NCBI RefSeq assembly: GCF_030144855.1
Contig: NC_082720.1
Location: 72,788,001-72,852,000, forward strand
Length of the DNA: 64,000 nt
Source of the DNA: Hypanus sabinus
Lineage: Eukaryota
Direction of reading: 5' to 3'
The notes under the pieces are model-generated. The model saw only the letters and a program-made list of their open reading frames with translations, was not told the DNA's origin and ran no database searches. Below are positions 1 through 9,528 of the stretch, in pieces; within the stretch, counting starts at the first letter, position 1; each line of letters begins with the position of its first letter. The translations under genes were made by a program, and so were the position numbers.

Positions 1-854
1 ATTGACAGGGAATAAAAATGGATTTTGACAGTTTGCTATTAATATATGGATTGATATTAGAGGAAATGAAATTTGCCACAACAGGGGACTGCAGATTATC
101 AATATAGAGAATAACATCCAGTTACTAAAAAGCATAAATCTTTGATCATGCTCTGTTTAGAACAGTTTCAGTTTGCTATTTGAAATGTATAGGTTAGTGG
201 TTTATTAAATTGATACTTTGATTATATAGGCACCTATGCTTTCCATTGTGCTTGATGGACCTGGAATAAATCACTACAGTTAGAAATCCAAAATCTATAA
301 AAAATACCATTTTGGAACTACACAGCACCTTAAGTCAGAAGTGAAAATAAAACAGGGGGTTGACAGTTCTGCTGTAGACACTTGTCCTGAACTGGAACAT
401 ATCAGGACAATGGGGATAAGCTTTTACCCTGACAGGCTGTTGTTGGATATTTTAGTAAAGAGCTGGGAAGCAGGTCAATGGTACAAAATATAGAAGTACA
501 CACTGGAAGATGTATATTGTTTACCCTTACTTCCCTGAGAGGGTCTTTGTGAATTGTTACCTTCACATCTTTTGATACAGAGCTTAGCTATATTACAAGG
601 CAGGTGTGGTCAAATATAGACTGGTCGGAACAGTAGGGTTCACTGCCATTAGGATTTCATGATCTCTTTTTGTGATGATAGGTTTTCATTTCCGCATTTC
701 CTTTTGAGCTATGTTTTAATTTTGGAAGTGTCAGATAGCGTAGGCACTTTCACTTCTTCTTGTCAGTGAAGGTGTTTGCATTTGAAAGGCTAGATCAGAT
801 CTAGGAAACATGAATGTAAAATATTCACAAATGAACTCACAGTGAAGTTCAGGG

Positions 855-1004
855 AATGCACGCCAAACACTGGAGGAACTCACCATCTATGGGATGTAAT
901 AAGTAGTCGACGTTTCCGGCTGGGAACTTTCATCGGAATTTCCATCATCTCAAGATTTCCAACTTTCTTAAGAATTCCTCCATCTGCAGTATCACTTGAG
1001 TTTA
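855..1004. mobile_element. PLE-derived short element with degenerate minus-strand hammerhead
   Basis: Matches the family arm (ctggaggaactca..catctatgg..agtcgacgtttc..ttcatc). Flanked by TGAAGTTCAGGG (843-854) and TGAAGCTCAGGG (1005-1016), a 12-bp TSD with 1 mismatch. Confidence 0.7.
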
Positions 1005-2129
1005 TGAAGCTCAGGGGAGCTTTCTTGACCCACAGAGTATTCAGACTGTGCAGATTTCACGGTAAGATTTCATTGAAGCAAGTAACATAGAGAGTTCAAA
1101 GGGAAGCTGGTAAACACATGATTGATAGGTACTAAAAGATGGAGGAAGCACGTTGGATCAAATGTTCTAGCTGTGTTTTAGATACCTTGTAATACTAAAC
1201 AAATTTCTCAAACTGCTTTGGTGGAATTTGAGGTGAGAAAGGAATTACTAATTCCTGTCTTCGAAATAATTCTATAACATAATCACATTACCCTTTTTGT
1301 TCAGTTCCATAAGGAAGATTATTTGCATTTAGATTCTCCTTTGCAGTTCTGATTAATTATAAACTTTCAAGGATGGCAGTTACTTATTTCAGCTGATGTT
1401 TAGCTGGATTTTCCCAATTTACATTATTTCCTATAAGAGGGATTTATGATTTGATATTATATCAACTATATATCTGGTATAATATCAGACATATATTTTA
1501 TGGTGCATCTTATTAATGTTTCTGAACAATCTTTAAGATGATTTTATATAGTTAATAAAAAAAAGAAAAATATGGTTATTAGATGAATTGCTTGGTAAAA
1601 AAAAATAAGTTTGGCCAGAATCTTAATTTTTATATTCAAACTTTACGACTTAAGAACCTAAAGGACGGTGTTCATGCTGCAGTGTTGAAGCCTGGCAAAC
1701 CTCGGTGCTGGTCCAGTGAATGTTTAAAGTTAGTGCGGCTGTTAAAGTGGAGGCCATCCACTGCCTGGAGTTGATGGTCTGGTAAACCAAAGATGTGAGT
1801 GAGGTGGATCTTGGATTTGTTCTCATCTCCAATTGGTTGCTGCAAGAGACTGAACCCTGTAGAATCAGCTATCAGCAGACACAATTTATCTTATGAACCT
1901 ATCAGATGTATTGACTCTTATTATTAATTGCAAACAGTTCGTAATCAGTCTGAATCAGTTTCACTGTAACAAATTAAACAAGCCTCATGGAATAAGGCTG
2001 CAGACACCAACAAAGAAAAGGAAAAAAATTATGAATTGCAACAGAATCATGTTCTTAATCAGACTCAAGGTTCAAGTACATTTATTATCATACAGCCCTG
2101 AGGTTTACTTGCTCAGAGGAAGCCACAAA

Positions 2130-2412
2130 GCAAGAAGCCCGGAGGGATCCAGGATTGAAGGATGTCCGTTTAGAACAGAGATGAGGAGAACTTACTTTAG
2201 TCAGAGGGTGGTAAATCTGTGGAATTTGTTGGAGACCAAGTTGTTGGGTGCATTTAAGACAGAGATAGATAGGTTCTTGATTAGCCAGGGCATCAAAGGG
2301 TTCGGAGAGAAGGCAGGCAAGTGAGGATGACTGGAAGAATTGGATCAGACCATGACTGATGAGCTGACTCAATGAGCTGAATGGCTTACTTCTGCTCCTA
2401 TATCTTATGGTT
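2130..2412 (+). mobile_element. CR1 LINE 3' end
   Basis: Encodes IEGCPFRTEMRRTYFSQRVVNLWN, the CR1 ORF2 C-terminus, then the 3' tail ttctgctcctatatcttatgg. Confidence 0.85.
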
Positions 2413-3537
2413 TTAGAAACATTCTGAATCTTCTTTGTTAGCTTTTTTTCATTTTGATTCAGATAGTGTTGTGGTTTAGACCATGTTATTTTCTATAAGT
2501 TATATGAGAGGTCATTTACCTTTTCATAACACTATAATTTAAAAAATGATGTGAGGTAACTTCTTTGGTTACATGTTCTAAAGTTGTGTACACATATTGA
2601 GGCTTGTTGTCATCCTGAAATTTGGTTCCCTTGACATCAATGGGACTAAATATACTGAGATGAGAATGATTAGTGTCCTACATTTGTACACGTTTGTACT
2701 TAAGATGGGAAGAAATCAGATGCAACATAGATTTGGTTCAGCGAGAAGGGCTTCTGTTTTCTGAGGTGGAAGCAATTTCTTTCCTTGTGCCAATGTGCAC
2801 GCAATTCCGCCAAATAACGTTCAACACCTTGGGTCCTTTCCAATGCATTATTTCTGCTGTATGGACATGTTTTTGGGTAATTATCCACTCATAGTGCATA
2901 ATAAGTCACAAACCACTCCCAGATTCCACAGCGTACAGCGGTTATCACTGGTACACAAGTAATTGATCAAAATCAGGAAACAATTTCAGATCTGGTTATT
3001 TATACAGGAGGTAGCGAGTACTCAATTGTTTAGTACAGTATATTCAAGGCTAACATCATGTCCAAGATGTTGCCAAGGTGCAGCAAAATTTTATTGGAAC
3101 ATCAGTGATGGTATTGACTGACAGAGTAAGTACAAAGAGAAGCCTGCAGCTTCACTGCTTCCAACTCCTGCTTCTGTTTTATTGCTCTCTCATATGCTCT
3201 TGTGATAAGTACATTTCAGTCTCAAAACTTTAACTGCCTAGAGATGTGCATTTTCATTTTTTTTTTAAATGACATCTCTTTCCAAATCATTGAAACTTCA
3301 GATAAATGCCAGTGTCAATGCCTGCTAAAGGGGACACCAAGTCTGCTTTGGGATCTAAAGTTAATTTTGGTATAACCAGCTTAATTTTTATTCCAGAACT
3401 AGCTACGACTGTATAGTCTCCTAACAAGACATGAAATCATTCAATTCTAATTAAATGCATAGTACTGGGAGCATTGTCCAAGACTTTAGACTAACACTTA
3501 CTTCTAACGTTTCCCAATCAATTTATCACTGCTTAGG

Positions 3538-3860
3538 TCATCATCATCATGTGTCATGTTGTGTGACATGGGCGATCATTGTCTTGCATCGGTACCATGA
3601 TTATTTTTGGTAAAGTTTTCTACAGAAGTGGTTTGGCCTTCTTCTGGGCAGTCGTATTCAATATTCTTCAGAGATTGTTTGCCTGGTGTCAGTGGTCGCA
3701 TAATCAGGACTTGGGATGCGCACCACCTGCTCCCATGGCTTCACATGACACAGTGAGGGGGGAGGGGCTACACTTTGCCCAAGGATGACCTGAAGGCAGC
3801 AGAGGGAAAGAGCGCCTGACTTCTTCTTTGGTAGAGATGTATCTCTGCCTCTTCACCCAA
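3538..3860 (-). mobile_element. SINE-like repeat with (CAT)n tail and RTE-like 3' motif
   Basis: (CAT)4 at 3538-3550 and agaagtggtttggccttcttc, resembling RTE/BovB-type tails as recalled. Confidence 0.4.
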
Positions 3861-4399
3861 CAGCTTAGGTCCAATGTGTAAAATGGGATGAAAAGGGAAG
3901 CAAGAATGCCAGGCTTGCAGAGCTTTTCAATTAGTTAATAGATTCCTCTTTGACAATAATTTGTTTAACAGGAAAAATTAATACTGTCTACCTGAAGCTG
4001 AACGAACCTGCAACCTGCAAAACTACTTCATGAGCTTGCATGTTGATTTAATTTCCAGAAATTTGAAAAAAAATACCCCACCCTGTGAAGCATGTAGGAT
4101 TATCTGCTTTTCAGGAGAGGATCTGGTCTGCTCTTAACCCAGTTGTGTCCTAACCAAATAGTTGCTGTGTGAAATTATTGCTCGTCATAGCATAGATAGA
4201 CTTTGATGATCTAAAGTTCAAGGTGGGATATCTGGTTTACAACCCAAGTGGGGTTAAAATCAGATTAGTCTGGATTAGTTTGGCAGTCACGAGATTGGAA
4301 AATTAAATTCAGTTCGAGAAATGAGGTAATGAATTTGAGAAAGGAAACTAAGGCATGTGAGTAGCCTCTGAAAAGCCTAGAGGAATATGACGTCCACCA

Positions 4400-4657
4400 T
4401 AAAGGATCCTCGCCATTTGGGGCAGAGCTTCCTCTCATTATTCCCATCAGGAAGAAGGTACAGGAGCCAGAAGACGCATGCTCAGTGATTAAGGACAGCT
4501 TCTTCCTCTCTATCATCAGATTTCTGAATGATCCATGAACACTATGTCATTATTTCTTTTCTGTACACTATTTATTCATTTTGTAATTTATTGTATTTTA
4601 TGTTTTTGAATAGTACCATTGCCACAAATGAGCACATTTCATTGATAATAAATCTGA
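4400..4657 (+). mobile_element. Old Rex1/Babar-like LINE 3' fragment; its tail resumes at 16793-16825
   Basis: Degenerate LPSGRRY/SFFP region (attcccatcaggaagaaggtacaggagc..agcttcttcctc). Tail ataataaatctgattctgatt after 16800. Confidence 0.6.
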
Positions 4658-4871
4658 GAAAACCTGCAGATTCTGGAAATCCAAGTAACATGCACAAAAT
4701 GCTGGAGGAACTCAGCAGGCCGGACAGCATCTATGGAAAGGAGTAAACAGACAACTTTTCGGGCCAAGACCCTTCCTCAGTCCTGAAGAAGGGTGTCGGC
4801 CCGAAGCGTCAACTATTATTCTTTTCCGTAGATGCTGCCTGGCTTTCTGAGTTCCTCCAGCAGTTTGTGGG
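4658..4871. mobile_element. Palindromic PLE-derived mini-element with two back-to-back hammerhead motifs
   Basis: ~85-bp inverted arms (cacaaaatgctggaggaactcag... / ...ctgagttcctccagcagtttgtg) centred at ~4781. 22-bp exact TSD at 4636-4657 and 16793-16814. Confidence 0.85.
4778..4815 (+). ncRNA. Minimal type-I hammerhead ribozyme motif (mutated)
   Basis: CAGTC-CTGAAGA-A-GGG-TGTCGG-CCC-GAA-GCGT-C-AACTA. Family consensus is CAGTC-CTGATGA-A-GGG-N6-CCC-GAA-ACGT-C-GACTG. Confidence 0.7.
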
Positions 4872-5166
4872 TTTGACAAGGAGCTTGACGAGGATGGTTT
4901 GGACCAAGGTGCTAGAGTACCAGAGTCTGGAACCGAGACACAGTATCAAGCTGGAATGAAAACTGAGCAAAAATGGAACGCCAAACGATATCTCTACTTT
5001 GGCTTACGAATGAGCACTGACCCTCAGTTTAGCTGCTCCTTAGATACTCAATTCTTGGCCCCCAAAACATATCTGCCAATTATTGGGACCGTCCTGAACC
5101 CTTAAAGGGGTTACACTGGAGCATCTAAAAACTGGAAGCTGGCATGGGTAAGAGCACCTTGTAACA
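4872..5166 (-). repeat. 3' LTR of the Gypsy element
   Basis: Roughly 80% identical by eye to 16501-16786 over the first ~100 nt, with a shared exact block gagacacagtatcaagctggaatga. Starts TGTTAC on the minus strand after a purine-rich PPT-like tract. Confidence 0.85.
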
Positions 5167-5199
5167 GGACACTGCTCCGCCCATCCACAGCCGACTCCT

Positions 5200-5720
5200 G
5201 ATGGACCTAGCTGGTCAGAGAGATGGTGATGGTAGACATGGATGAGAGCCAGATCGAAGATGTCTCTTTCAGGCACCCAGCACCACTCCTTGGGTCCTAA
5301 TCCTTCCCAGTCCACGAGGTATTGACGCACACCCCGAACACTATGCGAGTCCAAGATTCTTCTCACTGTGAAGACTTGTTCTCTATTGATGAACCCAGGT
5401 GGTAGTGGGGCTGATGGTGATGGGGCTAAGTGTCTGGTGCAGACTGGTTTTAATTTAGAGATGTGGAAGGTGGAATTAATTTGTAGGGTCTTAGTGAGCA
5501 GCAAGATGTAAGCACCAGATTTAATTTCCTCAGGACCTTGAAGGGTCCAATGAACTTGGGTGCCAACTTTTTAGACTCCACCCAGGGAGGCAAATCATGA
5601 GTGGACAGCCAGACCTGTTGCCCAGGCTTCAAAGCATGTTCCTGTCTTCCCCTTCGGTTCGTCATGTGTTTTCGCCTTCTGGGTGGAGGCCAGGGAAATC
5701 TCTCTTGCCCAAATCCATTT
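5200..5720 (-). pseudogene. Gypsy integrase C-terminus (GPY/F module) and chromodomain
   Basis: [21 protein letters not shown], and VRRILDS..QYLVDWEGLGPKEWCWVPERDI. Confidence 0.9.
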
Positions 5721-5734
5721 TTGCATGTGGTGTT

Positions 5735-5964
5735 GGATGATCTGTGGAATTCTTTGCCCGATGAAGCAGTGGAGGCTACCTCAATAAATATATTCAAGAC
5801 AAGGTTGGATAGATTTTTGCGTAGTATGGAAATTAAGGGTCATTGGGAAAAGGCAGGGAGGTGGAGATGAGTCCATGGCCAGATCAGCCATAATCTTATT
5901 GAATGGTGGAGCAGGCTTGACAGGCCAGATGGCCTACTCCTGTTCCTATTTCTTATGTTCTTAT
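5735..5964 (+). mobile_element. CR1 3' end inserted in Gypsy integrase
   Basis: [26 protein letters not shown], then tail cctatttcttatgttcttat. Confidence 0.85.
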
Positions 5965-5969
5965 TATGA

Positions 5970-6272
5970 GATTTTCGGCCGGAAGGTCCCCAGCCTTGGA
6001 TTCCTGTTTTGGAAAGCGCGGTGGAGGATAACAAAACTGGCACTTGAACAATGATACCCTGTACGCCAAATGCTGTAACGTGTTGTGGGTGACCTCTATC
6101 TACATCAAATGGTTGCACCACTCATCAGGTCTTTCTGAGGCCTGGCATCTTAGGGTGTGTTCTAAATCTTGGTTGGTTCTCCCCATCTGGTTGTTGGACT
6201 GGGGGTGAAGCTGAGAGGAAGGACGTTGTTTTCCCAATCAGTGTACCGAACACCCTCCAGTAATGTGATGAG
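5970..6272 (-). pseudogene. Gypsy integrase core (second part)
   Basis: YWRVFGTLIG..PQSNNQMGRTNQDLEHTLRC, a degenerate HPQSNGQTER motif. Confidence 0.8.
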
Positions 6273-6274
6273 AG

Positions 6275-7100
6275 TTAGAAACAGAAACATAGAAAACCTA
6301 CAGCACAATACAGACCCTTCAGCCCACAAAGTTGTGCCGAACACGTCCCTACCTTAGAAATTACTGGCTTGCCTATACCCGTCTATTTTACTAAGCTCCA
6401 TGTACCTACCTAAAAGCCTCTTAAAAGACTCTATCGTATCTTCCTCCACCACCGTTGCTGGCAGCCCATTCCACACACTCACCAAACTCTGAGTAAAAAA
6501 CTTACCCCTGACGTCTCCTCTGTACCTACTCCCCAGAACCTTAAACCTGTGTTCTCTTGTGGCAACCATTTCAGCCCTAGGAAAAAACCTCTGACTATCC
6601 ACACAATCAATGCCTCTCATCATCTTGTACACCTCTATCAGGTCACCTCTCATCCTCCTTCACTCCAAGGAGAAAAGGCCAAGTTCACTCAATCTATTCT
6701 CATAAGGCATGCTCCCCAATCCAGGCAACATCCTTGTAAATCTCCTCTGCACCCTTTCTATGGCTTCCACATCCTTCCTGTAGTAAGTTGACCAGAACTG
6801 AGCACAGTATGCCAAGTGGGTCTGACCAGGGTCCTATATAGCTGCAACATTACCTCTCGGCTCCTAAATTCAATTCCACGATTGATGAAGGCCAATACAC
6901 CGTACACCTTCTTAACATCAGAGTCAACCTGCGCAACTGTTTTGAGTGTCCTATGGACTCGGACCCCAAGATCTGTTTGATCCTCCACACTGCCAAGAGT
7001 CTTGCCATTAATACTATATTCTGCCATCATTTTTGACCTACCAAAATGAACCACGACACACTTATCTGGGTTGAACTCCATCTGCCACTTCTCAGCCCAT
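6275..7100 (-). mobile_element. CR1 LINE 3' ~0.8 kb inserted in Gypsy integrase
   Basis: WAEKWQMEFNPDKC, LYRTLVRP, RGDLIEVYKMMRG, FFTQSLVSVWN. Tail agaaacatagaaa on the + strand. Confidence 0.9.
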
Positions 7101-7708
7101 TTGTTGACCATGATCCAAGACAATGTCCACCAGGAACCCATGGACCCTGAAGACTTGGTCCAGGACAACATCCTGTTCTTCGCACATCTCACCGCAGATG
7201 GTCGCTTCTCTAAGGCGATAAACTTGCATGCTTTTTGAAAACTAATTGGCAATTACCATGACGATGGTCTTCCGCTTTGATAGCGGAAGACCCGTGACAA
7301 GGTCCATGGAGACATGAGCCCATGGTTTTTCTGGGACAAGTAAGGGCTGGAGGAGACCTTGAGGTTAGGTTCGGGGCTTCTTTTGTTCCAGGCGCACACC
7401 TCGCATGCCTGCACATACTGCCAAACCTCCTTTGTCATTCTAGGTCACCAATGCCTTCTCTTGATGCACTTGAGAGCCCTGGTAATCCCTGGGTGAGCAG
7501 TATTTTTCAGTGAATGTCCCCACTGCTGTACTTGGACTGGATGGAATTTGGGATGAGCAGCCAACCCAGAAGACCATTCGTAGGAAACTCTATTTGTGCA
7601 TGTGCCATATGAACAACAGAGTTGATTCCCCAATGAATTGGTGTTACCACCTTGGCTTGGGGCAAAATGATGGTAGGTTGATCCTCTCATTCCTGTTCTT
7701 CAAACTGA
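7101..7708 (-). pseudogene. Gypsy integrase zinc-binding domain and core (first part)
   Basis: HPGITRAL..W, VQACEVC, PWAHVSMDLVTGLP, and HGFLVDIVLDHG (HGxPxDIVSDRG-like). Confidence 0.85.
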
Positions 7709-8344
7709 TGACTAGTGTCTTATAAAGACTCCACACTATCCATTCAGCCCATGGAGTGTACTCCGCTATTCCAGCATGGTTGATCCTGAATCCCAGTCAA
7801 ACCCGTACACCTGCCTTTTGGCCATATTCTTTGATGCCCTGACCAATCAGGAAACTATCAAACTGCTCTTTAAACATACCTATGGACTTGACCTCCACCG
7901 CCGTCTGCGGTAGAGCATTCCACAGATTCATTACTCTTTGGCTAAAAAGATTCTTCCTTACCTCTGTTCTAATAGGCTGCTCCGTCAATTTTGAGGTTGT
8001 GCCCTCTAGTTGTGGACACTCCCACCACAGGAAACATCCTCTTCACATCCACCCCATCCAGTCCTTTCAACATTCAATAGATTTCAATGAGATCCCGCCC
8101 CCCCCCCCCCCCCCGTATTCTTCTAAATTCCAGTGAGTACAGGCCTAAAGCTGCCAAATGCTCCACATTTGTTAATCTCTTCATTCCCGGAAACATCCTT
8201 TTGAACCTCTAGATTTGAGGATTCTCTCAAATGACAACACAGTCTCTTTGAGATATGGGGCCCAAAACTGTTGACAATACTCCAAGTGTGGCCTGACTAG
8301 TGTCTTATAAAGTCTCAGCATTATCTCCTTGCTTTTATATTCTA

Positions 8345-9528
8345 CTAGACAACGTGGTGACCTGTTGGGGCACCCTTTGAGAGAAGGGTAGTGCAGTTTG
8401 AGGTGACCAGAATGAACATTAAATTTTCCTGAATGCTGTTGGTATAGTTTTACTTTGGAAGTTGAAGAAGAAAACCTCAGTTTATTAAAGAAGAATGATG
8501 CGTAGCAAGGCAAATATAGCTCCTCCTCGTTTAATGAAGGACACTTTTGATGGCATAATTTCTAGTTGATCTGCCATCCTTGTGCCTCTCGTCATTCTGG
8601 AGACATGCAGTCCTTTCATCTGCCATTTCTTAATCTCTTCTGCTGTTTATCCTTTATTCTGTTTATTCTTTATCCTGGAGACGTGTATTTCTCAGCTTCT
8701 TTGTCTCTTCCTCTCTCCTCCTTCTGTGCCTGTTGTTGTCATTTTGGAGACGTGCATGCCTCTCCTCCTCTGTCTCTTCTTCTCTCATCTTATTTGTCCT
8801 GACTCTTTGATCCTGGAGTTGTGCAGCCCTGGCCTCATCTGATTCTTGTTCTCACCCTCTCTTTGCCTCTTGGCATCATCTTTTGACCATAATGTCCACC
8901 TTCTTTTTCCACGTGGCATAATTAGGCTGACCTTATTTTTTTGCCCTAATGCTAGGTAGAAGATATGAAGTAGTAACACCTAAGCCTCGAGGATGCTGAT
9001 TATTCTTGATGATGTGGTTGGCGCTCTCCTAAATGGATGTGATATAGTCACCACTGTCCTTTAACTGCAGCAAAGGGTTTGATGGGTGTCTCTAAGTACG
9101 TCATTACAATAAGATTTAATTATCTCTTATTGATGGGTCGCAGTTTGATCTGTCCCAATCCTGCACATGCTGATGGTGATCAGCAGTATGTGACCGCTCG
9201 AAATAGAGCTGCCCTGCCCTTTTTCTCCGGTTGGTGCTGCTGCTGTGAGCATCGTGAGTGGCCTCTGAGGCTGGCTGTGTGCATGTATCGTGGTGTCGCA
9301 TCGTGGTTTCCATCATGGCCGACATCGGCTCTCAGGTGAAAGCGGGGCTGTTGATTTTGCCGAGTGAATAATTTTATAGGAATATAAAATCCTAAACTTT
9401 GCCTGCATTCTGTAAGTTAGTTCATTTTAAGTTGATTTAGCCAAAAATAATGCCGCTGTAATGCAACATTTGCACTAATTGGAGGTCACAAACAGACAAA
9501 CAGCATGAGAGTTTTAGTAGTATATAGA
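8345..9528 (-). mobile_element. Non-autonomous Helitron (1184 bp) inserted in CR1 RT
   Basis: Minus strand begins TC (9528) and ends CTAG (8348-8345). Hairpin GGTGACC-TGTTG-GGGCACC at 8356-8374. A^T target with no TSD. Excision restores gcatttatttcaaggggaatagaatataaaa, seen in the CR1 copies near 17920 and 43147. Confidence 0.92.
8570..8919 (-). pseudogene. RepHel-like N-terminus with four 23-aa STPR-like repeats
   Basis: MPRGKRR.. then, after a 1-nt frameshift, ESDEARAAQLQDQRVRTNKMREE / ETEEERHARLQNDNNRHRRRREE / ETKKLRNTRLQDKE*.. / EMADERTACLQNDERHK. 69-bp period. Confidence 0.75.

Noticed and set aside
8570-8860. CRISPR-like repeat/spacer array
   Set aside because: Eukaryotic context; the 69-bp period is a decayed protein repeat with no cas genes.
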